NCBI RefSeq assembly: GCF_006345805.1
Contig: NC_043010.1
Span: 41,788,001-41,852,000, forward strand
Direction of reading: 5' to 3'
Length of the DNA stretch: 64,000 nucleotides
DNA from: Octopus sinensis
Lineage: Eukaryota
This document shows, one piece after another, positions 37,451-52,189 of the stretch. How positions within the stretch are numbered: the first letter of the stretch is position 1; the number at the start of each line of letters is the position of its first letter. Made by a program: the position numbers and the translations under genes. The notes below the pieces were generated by a model. That model ran no database searches, was not told the DNA's origin, and was given only the letters and a program-made list of their open reading frames with translations.

Positions 37451-37756
37451 ATCTCTTTAACAATTCACAATAATGACTTTTATTACTTTTATTCATACCT
37501 CAGTTCATCTAATTGTATAAATCTATCGTTACTTTTCATAAAAAGCCATTATTTTTTTGTGCATCTTCGCTTATTTTTCTTCTTACTTGTTCCCAAATAT
37601 ATATATGTAAAACCAGTTGTAGCGTGGAAGGTGTTTATAAACCATTTAGAAACACACAAAATTTTTTAGATACACTTCAACATTTAATTAAAATTTGCCT
37701 AAATATTTTCGTCGCTTTGAGACCGCGACCTGTTCACTGACAAAATTCCGTGCTGC

Positions 37757-37888
<132 letters not shown>

Positions 37889-38114
37889 TATACATATATA
37901 TTAAACTATGGTTGCAGAAGAAACAAATATAAGGTCAACCACGTAACAATTCATATATCGAACATTTAATCACATAATGCTTTTTAATATATTTGTCTCA
38001 CTGCTTTTTAATATGTATATATATATATATATTTGTCTCATTTAATTGAGCACTTCTATAGCAGTCCTATTAAAAATTGTTCCTGATAAGAAACAATCAC
38101 TTTATTATTGATAT

Positions 38115-38281
<167 letters not shown>

Positions 38282-38695
38282 AGAGAGAGAGAGAGAGAGA
38301 TAGAGAGATAGAGAGATATGTATATATATGTATGTACGTGTGTGAGTGATGAGAGAATGTGCAGAGCTTTATTTTATCAATCAATACTTATTGTGATTTA
38401 TTATATGCTGCTTACATATAATAGCATCTGTTCTTAGTTGGCTAGGAATGCCGCATTCGGAGTCTGAATCTGATGAATGGTAGCAATATAGAAACACGTA
38501 TTCTACTGTCGTATTATGTCATTCATGGTTTACTAGGCGTGTTTTTGCACACATTAACGTCAAGGAGAGTTTCTGCCCGAAGACAGCTACGGCAGCGAAG
38601 GTCTTTTCTGGTTTGAGAGTATACAAAAGTCTTAAAATTTATTTCAATCATCGTCGCATAGCGTGACTTTAATTAGTACACCCTTCACACACACA

Positions 38696-38729
<34 letters not shown>

Positions 38730-38730
38730 T

Positions 38731-38777
<47 letters not shown>

Positions 38778-39083
38778 AAAGGTGTGTACACTGAGTGCAC
38801 AATTTGGTATGCCACTAAAATCCCCGTATAAACCAGAGCAGAATATGCGATTTCGTGACTACTTTTCTAAAGCAGTTAGAAATGGCTGCCCCTTGAGCAG
38901 GTGTGTATAGACTAAAACAGAAACGAAGAGTTTGGTGAGAATTGACAAGGACATTTAACTTAGCCATATAATGATATAATATGATATAATAAAACACGTT
39001 TTTATTATATTATATAGCTATATTAAAAGTCCAATGTCTTTGTGAAGTCATACCAAACTGTTCGCCATTACGTTTCTGGTTTA

Positions 39084-39168
<85 letters not shown>

Positions 39169-39320
39169 AGAGCTTAAGATATTTTTAAACATGAAACAAA
39201 CGGTAGCCAAATAAACAAATAAAGAATCTTTATGCACCAATAATGCACTGTTGAGCACTCAGTCTCATTGCTCAACATTTACGCATATATATACATATGT
39301 ACACACACATACTATATATA

Positions 39321-39360
<40 letters not shown>

Positions 39361-39488
39361 ATATAATATTAGGGAGTATATCCAAACTTACAGGGAAAAA
39401 TTAGATTCATGATTAAATCAAATTTCACAGTATAAATATAAATTAAATTAGAGATTAGAGTTGCCTAATAGTGGTTTTATCTCTAATT

Positions 39489-39618
<130 letters not shown>

Positions 39619-40721
39619 CGTATGTATATGCGCGTGTCTGAATGCATATAATGTTGTCATATATTTGCTAGCGCCCTATTAGAAGTATCAAAGTAAAATA
39701 TACATACTTCTTTCACAAATAAAAGTAATATTCGTATTTGGTTTGCAAATTTCTTGATGTGCATTCGTGTGTTGAAACAAATTTTGTTTGTGTTCTTTGG
39801 AACGTCATTATGCCAATAATAATCAACACACGCACTGGTTCAATATCACTTCTTTCTTGTTAGTTAATTGGTTACATATCTAACCAGCTAAGTAATCAAT
39901 CGTTTGTTTAATGTTTTGGTCATACAAATCAGTTTGTTTATCAAAGCACTTTCGTCGCTAATCGCAACCTCATTAATGACGTGCCTCCCCTTTTCAAGGT
40001 CTGGGAATTTTTCTTATTCCTGTGTGTATGTATGCCTGTATATGTAGATGTGTGGTTGCTTACAAGAGAAGGAAGGGTCAGAGTAATTGAAGAAAGAGTG
40101 TGTTCCTGGGTGTGTGTACGTGCGTGTGCATGTATGTGTTTGGTAGTGTGTTACACTGGCCTGCCTGCCCGTCTCTATTTTTGTGTGTTTGTGTGTGTGT
40201 GTGTGTTTATTACATTGGCCATCCGTAACCTTTAAAAGGGTTCGACCTTTTGTTCAAGGTCAATTCGGTCTTAGATCTGCTGGGATTTGCTTGTAAAGGT
40301 TTATGGGTATAGCTCCTTATGTGGAGAAGAATAAAGGGGGTGGAAAGCGTGTGTGCACGCTTGAGTGTTTACTTATGGGTGTGCATTCCAATGTGTGCCT
40401 TCCAATGTGTGTGTGTGTATCAGTGTTTTCAGTGTAAGCGCCTGTATGTCAGTGTATGTGCGTTCTTGTGTGTGTATATGTGTCGTGTATGTAAGAGTAT
40501 GTGTGTGTGTCTAGCTGTGTGCTCGTGTTCTTATGTGCGCGTGTGTGTGCGTGCATTCTCTGCGCGCGCAGATATGTATGTTTGTGTATTGCTATTGTTC
40601 ATAATTACGTTTTTGAGTGGATTTCGTTGCATTCTGCTGTCATTCTAACCTTACCTTATGTATATCCCTGCCTATACCTGCACACTTACCCGTTCAAACA
40701 CACGGGCGCGCACACGTGTAC

Positions 40722-40794
<73 letters not shown>

Positions 40795-40817
40795 GTATAT
40801 ATATATATATATATGTA

Positions 40818-42416
40818 CTAGCGGAGAGACCCGGCGTTGCCCGGCAATGAAATTCTTTGTAATATATTGTCAGAAAAGAAGCAAAATATGATGTATAGAA
40901 ACTTGTTATTCTACATTCAATTTATTCTTCAATTGGGATATAATTTATTCTTTCATTGGAAAATCCATTCTGAATTCATAATAATAATAATAATAATAAT
41001 ATAATAATAATAATAATAATAATAAACGAAAACACAAAATGTACTACTTTTATGAAAGGAGATAAATTCTACCACATATGTTGAAGGAAATTATGTAAGA
41101 GTTTCAGGGTAAAGAACATTCTTTGTTTTCTGATTTGGATCATAGACAAATAAGTCTTGCAAACTACGTACCCTGGAGCAACCAACATAAAAGTGACCAT
41201 GAGAAAAACAAGTCAATAGATTTCAAAGACTGACCTTGAGCTTTATTAATAGACATCGCAAAGCAAAGTCACACTGGGAATTGTGTTCGTTTGAACTCAA
41301 AGAGCATGTCTGTTGGTTTGATTGGAATTCTTGGAAAAAAAACCTTTTCCCCAGAGGCAATCCAGTAATGATGGTAGCTTCTGTCACATTAGGTGATAAT
41401 GTCTCCATAATCAACCTGGTCCCATTGCATAATTCAGGAGGATCTAAATTTCTTAGAAGTATTATTAGGACTCCGACCTTCAGAAAAATTTTACGTGGAG
41501 GAATTCCATGTGGCTCAAGAGAAGTAAGGAACTCTTTCGGGTAATGCATAGCTTGAAATTCAACAAGGACTGAATCAACTGATTTGTACTTCTTAATGAC
41601 TGTTGGAATCTCATTCCTTAATTTATAGTTAATTCTTGCTTCTGTCTCCTTTTTTGGAGTAAGAATTGTCCTTTCACACAACCGTTTATGTGAATTATAA
41701 TTATTACTTAAGTCTAGCAATGCCCTGTTCTTCAATTCAGCTGGGGAATTCCCCATTATAGCAATATGAGCCAAACTGATATCACCATTCCCATTAAATG
41801 GTACTTTACCATTTCTTAATTAGAGGAGCCAGGTCAAAAACTGTTTTGCACATTAGTTCCCATGTAATGAAGCTTGCACGTTAGTATTGAAGGAGAATTT
41901 CAGTACTTTATTCTTTAGGCGTGAATACTTAATGCATGCTTTTATTTCATCAAATCTTATTCGTCTCCGAATGACTGGCAATGTCTGTCTGAAGCTTCCT
42001 GATAAAACTAATGTAATTCCTCCCATGAATTTATTGTTGCCTCTGATGTCCTATAAGGTCTTACAAAGAGCTTCCATTGCACCTCTATGTGACATGGTAC
42101 ATTCGTCCCAAATGATAAGGTGGCAATGGCACAAACTTTTGCTGAATCTGAATCTTTGATTATTTTACAAATTAGACTGTCACTTATGACCAGGTTTAGT
42201 GGTTAATTTAAAAGCAAAATGAGCTGTTCGTCCTCCTGGGAGAATGGTGGTAGCAAAGCCAGACAATGGTACAGCAACTGTAATTTTCTCGTTGCTTTTG
42301 GAGAGAAGCAATGTTAAAAATGTCTTACCTGTGTCACCAGGAGCATCAATAAACGATTGTGGAACGTCGCACGCACACACACACACACAGATACATATAC
42401 ATATAGTATCAATCAT
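40818..42416 (-). mobile_element. Helitron remnant: Pif1-type helicase pseudogene and 3' terminus
   Basis: FIDAPGDTGKTF, LPGGRTAH, LLRNLDPPELCNGTRL; 3' end CCGG-GCAACG-CCGG hairpin followed by CTAG/T at 40818. Confidence 0.9.
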
Positions 42417-42430
42417 CAGATGAAATGGAC

Positions 42431-42466
<36 letters not shown>

Positions 42467-44779
42467 AAGTGAGTGAAGGGGTGTGTTGTCATGTATACGT
42501 ACATACATAAATAAATAGGCATACATTTTTCTTGTATGTATGTGTGCGTGTGTGTGAGAGAGAGAGAGAGACCGAGAAAGAGAGTACTACTTAGACATTA
42601 CTCTCTCCCTCTGTCACACACATACATACAAAAAAGATGTGTGCATATGTATTTATGTGTAGACGAATACATGACAACATACCCCTTCATTCACTCGCAT
42701 ACACAGACACACACACCATACATAAATGTATACAAACGTACATACAAAAACACGTGTGCGTATCTGACTGCCTACAAATACATAGAGCTGAACATGGCGT
42801 GAAAAAGAAAATAACTTTTACGTAAATTAACGAAGTGTACGAGTTCCAGCAAAATAATGCCCATATTTTTTGGACGCCCCATGTTGAATTGCAAAATTTT
42901 AACGTGATAGTTGTGTAATTAAGAAACCAAACCTGGAGTGTGTGTGTGTGTGTGAGAGAGAGGTGGGGGAGAGAACATTGCAAACAATGAATGAGATGGA
43001 CATGGAATGAAAAAATCGTATGAATGAAAGCACGTTGAACACTATTTTGTACCGAATGTTTAAATTTGTGAACTTAGTAAATATTTATTTCAGTAATTTA
43101 TCGTAGTTGTTTAGAAATAGCGAATTAAAACTTGAAATGAAAACATTGAAATTAGACAGGGACAGACTTCGCCATTTTTATGTCAATACTGGAAGTTGAC
43201 ATTGAGAAACCTTTTTAAAGAAGTGAATCTAATCTAATAATATTCCAAGGTATATTTGTAAAGAATGTCATTAAAAAATATCCATTTTCTTGAAAGTTAA
43301 GACGAATAAAAGTAGACTCCAGTGAATTTTCAGAAAATCCTTAACCCCTCCTAAACACTTACCCCCACAAAAAAAAATTATATATTCAAAATCATCAAGA
43401 TACAACACATATTCAAAGAAAATTTTATTAAAAAATATCCATTTTTCTGAAAGTTATTATCATAGAAATTTGTGGGGTGGAACAGAAATCTGTAGTTATG
43501 CCGACACCTTTGACACTTTCCTTCTACGCATGGATGGTTATATATGTATACAAAAATACACGAGTGCAGAGGATAGTAAACAATGAAAATAACTTTGTAA
43601 CGGAAATAATGTTTTTAATACGACGGGTAGAAAGTGAAATAAGAAATGTTAACGGAAAATAAAGTATTGTACGGATTGAAGCGAAATGTGTCACTCAGTG
43701 AACCAAAGAGCCAGTATCGAAGGAATCAGAAAAGAACCGTCAACAACAGAGAAGCACTAGACCGTACGGATTGAAGTAAAATTTATGAAGATACTTCTGT
43801 CAGTAAATTATGAAATTACTTACATCAGAAATTGTAAACTTCTTTCTGTCAGTAATTTGTCGTTGTTTGTTTGTAAATAGCGATTCAAAACTTAGACTTA
43901 CAGTGGAAACAATAGTATGGAAATTAAGCAATGGCGTATGAAAATTGAAAGTTAAAAGAACAGCGTCTGAAAAATGAAAGTGAAAACAAGCGATATAGAT
44001 AGAGAAATATATTACAGGGAGATAGAGATAGATAGAGAGAGAGAGAGAGAGTGATAGAGACTATCAAGTGATTGTTTATATACACGAAAACGTTTTCTTA
44101 TAGATAGAAGCTCATAATTTTGGGTAATTAACAACTTCATTTAGTATAGGCTAAGTACGGAAACATTGATTGTATTATATGAGATGCAAACAATAAAATT
44201 TGCGATTTCATTAAGTGATTGTTTTCAAAATCAACAGAGTCTTCAGATGGTGACTATTTAGGTTAAATATATAGTTTCTTATTAGAAATTATATATTTAG
44301 GTTAAATATATAATTTACCTGATATATAGAGAATGAATAATAAATCCTAAATGTCCAGAACTAGAATATTGAAATGATGTCTCCCCAGAATAGCTGTTAT
44401 TATGTAACAACGTAAAGTATGGAAACATATTTGCAAAAATCGTATAATATACTATTCGTATTCAAAAATCTCTGGTAAGGAACAAAAGAGATAATAACAA
44501 ATAGCACATGATCCGGAACAATACTAAATATGCGGGTTTCTTAGATGTTCTATAACACAATAACATGTGTCTCTCTTTTTCTTACTGTTTTTTAAAGCAC
44601 AAGGAATATAAAACAAAGCAGTTTCTAAAATCTTTTTTTCAGATTGTTGAAAATATTCATAAATTTCTATCAAGGAAGAATCGTGAGTTTACTGTACAGC
44701 ATTGCATAATATGATACAAACTGCTTCGTAAGCAATCAATAATAATTGAAACTAATGGTAGAAATACGCAAAAGAACGA

Positions 44780-45550
44780 AGATCTGTTACCTAGGGCACA
44801 ATCACAAAACTCTCACAGAACGCTTTTTGTGCATGATGAGCAAAACTAAAATGGCACAGATATGTGTTCTACAATCCTCTATCTGTTCATTAACGATCTG
44901 CTTATCAACATCCATTTCTTACCAAATTCTTAACTATCTCTCATACAAGCATCATCCACATCTACTCGACCTCACGCAGGTCTCGTACAGAAACTTCGAA
45001 AACACTTCTAGTGGTAACATGACAATCATGTGTTCTTTGACAACATCAAGGTGGAATTGCTAAAAATATCAAGGAAGCATTCTCTCAACACAACACAGTG
45101 CTTCAACCATCCATCTCATTGTAAATGCTAGGTAACTCCATTTTCTCCAAGTGATCATACAAATTAAACATTAAAACCTATATCTCAAAAGCTACATTCT
45201 TTTTTATCCAGAGATAGATAATATTTCAATCCTGATTAGTCTCTGACATTGTACTCTCTACATTATTATACTGCTCGCTTATCCAGGATAGTGCTACTGT
45301 TACATACACAATCACCCTAGATACCATAAAAAACACATTCTTGTGATTGAGAAATATTCATTTAAAGGCAACATGCAAACATTAGTCGACAGAGGTATTA
45401 TTTCCTCTAAATGTTTCTTCTAGTATAACCTACAATATCTTTTGCCTTTCTCATCTAACAAACTGGAAACCACCTTCATCCCCTACCAAGCCTTTGCACA
45501 AAGACATCAATCCACAGATGTTCATGATGAACATCAATTGCATTGATCTC
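44780..45550 (+). pseudogene. Decayed CR1/L2-group RT fragment
   Basis: Segment resembling LF.LFINDLL..IH, heavily degraded. Confidence 0.4.
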
Positions 45551-45780
45551 ACGACATTATGAGACCCTGACCCTTTAAGCCATCAGCTCTGATATTCTCT
45601 GGCACTTTTGATAGACTATTTTGGAGAAACTAAGATCTTATTTCTTTGGAGAAGACTTTTTTCTTTGTACGGCCCAAGAAAATAAATTTTGTAAGCAATA
45701 TTTGTTTCTGATAGAAAAAGAAATCTCTTTCTGGAACAACACTTAATACACATTCCAGATTTTTCAGTGATCTTCAGAGG

Positions 45781-45830
<50 letters not shown>

Positions 45831-46433
45831 AAATAAGGTGGCGAACGCTGAGGAACATTAACAGTAAAAAATGACAGGAGAGGAGACAGACAAGAATACG
45901 TCTGGCCTGTGCAAGAAACCGGAAGAAAAGAAAGATGAACGCTTGTGGGAAAAAAATGGACGATGGTCACGTGCGAGCAACAAGAGAGTAAAGGAGGAAG
46001 AGGGAGAGAGATGAAGGAGAGAAAAAAGAAGAATTACAGAAAGGAAGAGAGAAAAACGTAAGGGTAGATATATATATATATATGTAGAGAGAGAGAGAGA
46101 GAGAGACAGAGAGAGACAGAGAGAGACAGAGAGAGAAACAATACAGAGAGTCGCATCAAAATTATTAAGATAAACTTACTTGGAAATGGATGCGTGGCTT
46201 TCAATCATACAATAATATAAATAAAATGTATACATAGGCATATATGCATACATATATGTGCATACACCGAATTAATCGAAATGTGGTGAAGATAAACAGC
46301 CGACAACTGATGAAGGGTTGTTCTTTATGTTACTTGTCTTGTATTCCATTTGTTTCTCTCGTCGTTTGCAAAAGGTGTGTCTTTGTCCTGTACCCATATA
46401 TGAAATATATATATATATATGTCAGTATGCAAA

Positions 46434-46845
46434 AGGCGCAGTAGTGGCTGTGTGGTAAGTAGCTTGCTAACCAACCACATGGTTCCGGGTTCAGTCCCAC
46501 TGCGTGGCATCTTGGGCAAGTGTCTTCTGCTATAGCCCCGGGCCGACCAATGCCTTGTGAGTGGATTTGGTAGACGGAAACTGAAAGAAGCCTGTCGTAT
46601 ATATGTATATATGTATGTGTGTGTGTTTGTGTGTCTGTGTTTGTTCCCCTAGCATTGCTTGACAACCGATGCTGGTGTGTTTACGTCCCCGTCACTTAGC
46701 GGTTCGGCAAAAAGAGGCCGATAGAATAAGTACTGGGCTTACAAAAAGAATAAGTCCCGGGGTCGAGTTGCTCGACTAAAGGCGGTGCTCCAGCATGGCC
46801 GCAGTCAAATGACTGAAACAAGTAAAAGAGTAAAGAGAGTAAGAG
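46434..46845 (+). mobile_element. SINE family A, full length
   Basis: Complete head, core and tail. Confidence 0.9.
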
Positions 46846-47629
46846 TATGTACATATATGTATGTACATATGCCTATATATATATTATTTTATTTATATTA
46901 GTATATCACTGAACGCCACGCATCCATTTCCAAGAATATATATATATACACATATTTTGTTTTTGGATAATCAAAGGAATTCAACTTTAACTGATTTTTA
47001 CGTTTTATTTACAATCTTATAATATCATAAGATAATATAATGAAATGATAGAATATTAAATGTCCATTCTGATTGAATTAATACTGTCATGCATTAAACT
47101 ATGCAATCTTCAAATTCATATAGAAGTGGTGACAGTTTTTTTTTACAATTTACAACTAAAATGTGTGCCCTAAATACATTTGTATATGCTGCAGAATGCT
47201 AAATTTTGCAAACTGCATTCTGACCAATCAGTGTGTGGCTTCACTAAATTACTTAAGTTTATTGGTATGTGGTTTAGGCGTCACGGTTTGTTGAACCTGT
47301 CAAGTGGACTGTATTTTGGCCCTGGCCAAAGCAGTAGTAAACAACATTTCCCTTGGATTTTAAAATTTCAATTATCATCATCACCATTATTATCTCCTCC
47401 ATTATTGTCGTCGTTGTTGTCGTTATTGTTGTTGGTGGTGGTGGTGGTAGTTATGGTGGTAGGAGTAGCTGTGGTAATAGAAGTTCAAACCCTAAATAAG
47501 ATTAATTTTACTGACTTTTCTCTTGACTTAGCTAGTATTTTCCTGCTATCATCATCATGAGAACCTTTAGTATGGTTGTTGTTGTTAGTGGTAGTGGTAG
47601 TAACAGTAGAAATAGTACCTCTAAGTATT

Positions 47630-48540
47630 ATTATTATTATTATTATTATTTAGCTTGGGTTGGAATTTATCAATAAAGTTCTTTTCTTTGATTTTCCTCT
47701 CGATTTCACTTGGAATGTGTAGTTTGAGGAATGGAAATATAAATATTTTCCAACCACATGGTGCTAGATGGTTACTCAAAGGTATGTGACAGACATTTGG
47801 GTCTCTCATTTGCTGTCGGTACACACGTGAACGTTCTGATAGTGCATTTCCAGTCTGACTCACATATAGTTCTTCACAATTCGGACATTTGAAGCAGTAA
47901 ATTAAATTTCGGCTTTTGCAGTTCATACTTGCGTTTGTGAATATATTTCCAGTTTTGGTGTTCATATATTGGCCGGTATGTATGATTTGGCATGTACCAC
48001 ATCAGCTATCATTGCATTTAGATACAGTGAATGATTTGGTCTTTGTTGCTAAAGTGAAACCTTGCCTTTGTTAATAATTTTTTCAAGTTTTATGCTGTCT
48101 TTTGCTAAGAACCTTAGCTCGATCCTTGATTATATCTTTTCATTCATTACTTTGAGCAATGATTGGTAGGTTTGCTTTGGCAATGTCGAAGACATTCTGG
48201 TGTTGTGTCACAATAAATGGCATTACTTGTTCTTGCTTTCCTCTTTTTGGGGTTGTCCTACGTTGTATGGGAATTTTTTATAGCCTGCTGTATGCCATTT
48301 TCTATAAGTAGAGACGGGTATATTTGTTTGAGCAAAATCTCTCTTAGTTCTGTTAGGCGTTTGTTCCTGATATTCGCATCTTCTACAATGGTACAAATTC
48401 TTCTGGCTAGGCAGCATAGGATCTTACGTTTTGTATGTGGTGGATGGCACGACTTAAAATTCAGGTATTGATGCGTGTCCGCGTGTTTATAATATATATC
48501 TGTGGTAATGGTGGTGTCCTTTATAATTACCACTATGTCT
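47630..48540 (-). pseudogene. Penelope-like element 3' part (RT thumb plus GIY-YIG)
   Basis: TDIYYKHADTHQYLNFKSCHP; NLIYCFKCPNCEELYVSQTG..KFQPKLN. Confidence 0.88.
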
Positions 48541-48544
48541 TGGA

Positions 48545-48608
<64 letters not shown>

Positions 48609-48619
48609 TATATATATAA

Positions 48620-48890
48620 TCATCATCGTTTAACGTCCGTTTTCCGTGCTAGCACGGGTTGGACGGTTCGACCGGGATCTGGGAAGCCAGGAGGCTGCAC
48701 CAGGCTCCAGTTTGATCTGGCAGTGTTTCTACAGCTGGATGCCCTTCGTAACGTCAACCACTTCGTGAGTGTAGTGGGTGCTTTTTACGTGCCACCGACA
48801 CAGGTGCCAGGGGAAGCTGGCAGCGGTCACGATCGGTTGGTGCTTTTTACGTGCCACCGGCACAGAAGCCAGTTCTGGCATTCCGGCGGT
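48620..48890 (-). mobile_element. SINE family C with an RTE-like 3' end
   Basis: GGGCATCCAGCTGTAGAAAC...GGACGTTAAACGATGATG on the minus strand. Confidence 0.65.
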
Positions 48891-48909
48891 TACGACGATG
48901 AGACTTCCA

Positions 48910-49050
48910 GTTGACCCGATCAACAGAACAACCTGCACTTGAAATTAATGTGAGAGTGGCTAAGCACTCCACATACATGCGTACACTTAGCGTAGTTCTC
49001 AGAGAGATTCAGCGTGACACAGGCTGTGACAAGGACGACACTTTGAAGTT
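48910..49050 (-). mobile_element. SINE family B, 3' fragment
   Basis: Reverse-complement similarity to 21380-21490. Confidence 0.7.
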
Positions 49051-49444
49051 CACACTATACACGTACGCTAAGAGAATTTAAAAGTACATATAATCTCTAT
49101 ATCGCTTGCTTTCAAATTCAAAATACCAATCTCGTCTCATATTGTGAAGAAATAATTACCTCCCTTTGCAATAGCGGTTACGTGTGTGAGCGTACACAGA
49201 CAGACAGACATATACACATGCAAACACACACACACACATGCACTTTTTGCAATATATCTAAGTATCCCATCTACCGGAGACAGTGTCGTATTAGCGCAGT
49301 GCTAATGATGCATGTTGAGAGAAAAACACTTATCTACAGCTTTCTTTCATGTCTCACGTCAATCATTCTGCCTTTTCTTGATGGCATGTCCATTATAGAA
49401 AATCTTTGTTCGTTAGATCATTTCCTTTTATATATATATATATA

Positions 49445-49650
49445 TACAAAATAAGAAAATGGAGGAATAGATTTCTTTCAATCATCAACTTCCAGATAAT
49501 ACCAATTCATATAATTTATTAACTAATTATTTATATTAAATAGCAACGTTCCTATTTAATATAAATAATTAGTTAATAAATTATATGAATTGGTATTATC
49601 TGGAAGTTGATGATTGAAAGAAATCTATTCCTCCATTTTCTTATTTTGTA
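49445..49650. repeat. 206-bp near-perfect palindrome
   Basis: 99-bp arms, centre GCAACGTTCC with a single C/C mismatch; TA at both ends. Confidence 0.95.
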
Positions 49651-49847
49651 TTATGAATTTGAGGTAAAACATTTTTCCTTCGCCCGTATAATACAACAAA
49701 TGAAATAATTGCATTGCAATTCTTAGCATTTGTGTATTAGCCTTCTGGGTACTTTACTGGCAGTATATTGGATAAATGATATCCCATAGTGGGTAACACT
49801 CATAACCCCTATCTCAGTTTGTACTATCTCAGTACAAACCCCTATCT

Positions 49848-49893
49848 CAGTGTTGATTGAGATAAAGGTTCTGTCTCTAAAACTACTTATCTG

Positions 49894-49939
<46 letters not shown>

Positions 49940-49966
49940 TAAAGGTTCTGTCTCTAAAACTACTTA

Positions 49967-50010
<44 letters not shown>

Positions 50011-50052
50011 TAAGTAGTTTTAAACACAGAACCTTCATCTCAATCAACACTG
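49848..50052. repeat. Inverted repeat (about 48-bp arms) around (TA)n with a duplicated left arm
   Basis: CAGTGTTGATTGAGAT...CTTATCTGTA versus TACAGATAAG...CAATCAACACTG. Confidence 0.85.
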
Positions 50053-50389
50053 AAAGATTTTATACCCGAGCACTCCATAAAATATTAAATATTAAATCTT
50101 ATACTAACTATATCTGTTCTGAATCCCGTATTTTCCGTTTATAAGGCAGTAAGACAAAGTATGACATAAACACGATAACAACAAAAAGTTCAACTCTAAA
50201 ATCAACAATAAAAGCAAGTCGTACTTAATCAAAATGATTCAGCAATAGCAAACGGAGAACAAATTGCGAATGTTCAGGCGGACGATATAATAAGAGCTAA
50301 AATTACATGTTTAAATAGATTATGAAGCTATAGGTAATAGTGTTTCAAGAGGAATTCAATTTCACTAAGGTAAGTAGGTTAAAATCATA

Positions 50390-50740
50390 TAAACTAATTA
50401 TTTTCGGAAAAAAATTTAAAAGTTGATAAATATTTATGTCTACAAAGAATAATGACATCCGAGATCTTATTAAGTAGATTTTTTGTCAGCGCGGAATATA
50501 TTGATCGTTTTTTTTTTTTTTGACATAATTTATAATTTCTGATATGTGTATTGTATGGTGTAGTTTTCTTTATAGTAGACCAATCCAGACTGAATTCTTT
50601 ATTACGCATTTTTAATTTATTAATGTGGGTAGCTAGTGCGGTTGAGGTCTTTGTTTCTAGATTAATAAATGAGTCTGTGTGCCCCCTATATCTAGTCTTA
50701 AAGACAGTCGTACTTCCTATGTATATCTTCTTTCATTAAG
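50390..50740 (-). pseudogene. Penelope-like GIY-YIG C-terminal fragment
   Basis: KTRYRGHTDSF..STALATHI..LDWSTIKKTTPYN..NLLNK..CRHK. Confidence 0.65.
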
Positions 50741-50795
50741 GGTTGAAACCTCAACTTTATATACGGCATTTCTCCATAAACAGAATCCCTTTAAG

Positions 50796-50834
<39 letters not shown>

Positions 50835-51469
50835 GATAGATATATACAGAAAGATAGATAAATAGATACACAAACAGACAGACAAATAGATAGATAAATA
50901 GATAGATAGAGAGAGAGAGAGAAAGATAATGAGAGAGAACAAGAGAGAGAGGGGGGAGACATAATATTTAAATTCAGAAATATATGTGAGGGGTAAATAT
51001 TATTTAATAAACACAATACTTAAATATGACCTAGAAATAGTTTGATGCCATAGGAACGCAATAATTCGACATTTTTATACATCATGTTGTATGCCTGCGT
51101 GCTAACTTTAAGGCTTAAATTCACATGCTTCGTCTTATTTGAAAAACAGAACGCTGGTCTATAAGAAAATATGAGTAAAACGTGAAGGTTGATGTAAAAA
51201 CTGGAAGCAAAAAGTGAATAAAAAGGGAAAAAGAAAGAAAAGAAAGACAAGCAAGAATTGTGTCCCCTGTGTTCGTCGAAATTATGATTAATCTGGTTTG
51301 GAATATTTCAGCTGGGAAGAAGCCAAGGTCTGGGAAACAGCTGCTCAATCTGTAGAGGGTGGTGTCCTCCATTTTGACAAAATATATTTGTACGTATGCT
51401 TGCATTTGCTAAAGGTTTCGGATCTGAAATCAAGTATTCTTGAATTTAAAAAGAATGAGGAGCGATCTT

Positions 51470-52030
51470 TCAACAACACATGTCTTGCATCTCATTGATT
51501 TATTTAAAATAGCTTAGATATTTCTCCACGATGTTCCACCTGGGTCGAAATCATAATTATTCTAGCTGGATGAAGACCGTTGTGTGTCTATAAAGATAAT
51601 AAGCGTACAGTTTGGGTTTGATGTGGTGACTGTACACAATTATTCCTGAAGGTCTGAACATGCGCAAAATTTGTTCTAAGTTTGTTTTCCAGTATGCTCG
51701 GTATTGAAGATCTTGACAGAGATGGGCATCAGAACTGTTCTTGACCCTCTCTATAGTCCAGGTCTCTTTCTGTGACTTTGGGTCGTTCCTCAAGATGAAA
51801 GAGAGTGTCTTAGAGATAGTCGTTATGAAGATGAAGGTAGCAGTGACCAAAGTTCTGGACACCTTCACTTTAGAGGAACTCCGTGAAGTCTTCACGGAGT
51901 GGCTAGGAAGCTACAAGAAGTGCATTGACTTTAAGTGAAAGTATCCTATATGGAGAAGATTAGAACTATGTACTCTGAAATTAATAAATGTCTTTCCTGA
52001 AAAAGTCTGAAAACTTTTGAATGCATCTTG
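51470..52030 (+). pseudogene. Internally deleted mariner remnant
   Basis: LNMRKICSKFV.., LYSP..CDF and KKCID segments. Confidence 0.55.
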
Positions 52031-52189
52031 TTTCAGCGTGTTACGTCCACCATATGTAGATTTTTTAATAGCACCTTACATTCGAAATCTATTTATAACT
52101 GCATGTTTTGCTATGAATATTTCATAAACTTATTTTGTAAAGGTTCAGTATAGTATCTCTTAGTTGGTTAATATTATGCATTGCCTGCC

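Noticed and set aside
37700-37745. GUCGC/GCGAC stem followed by GAAA on the minus strand
   Set aside because: The upstream box is GUGAACA, two mismatches from CUGANGA
38465-38505. CUGAUGA...GAAACACGUA hammerhead-like string
   Set aside because: Stem II does not pair and stem I is at most 3 bp with a bulge; relic or chance
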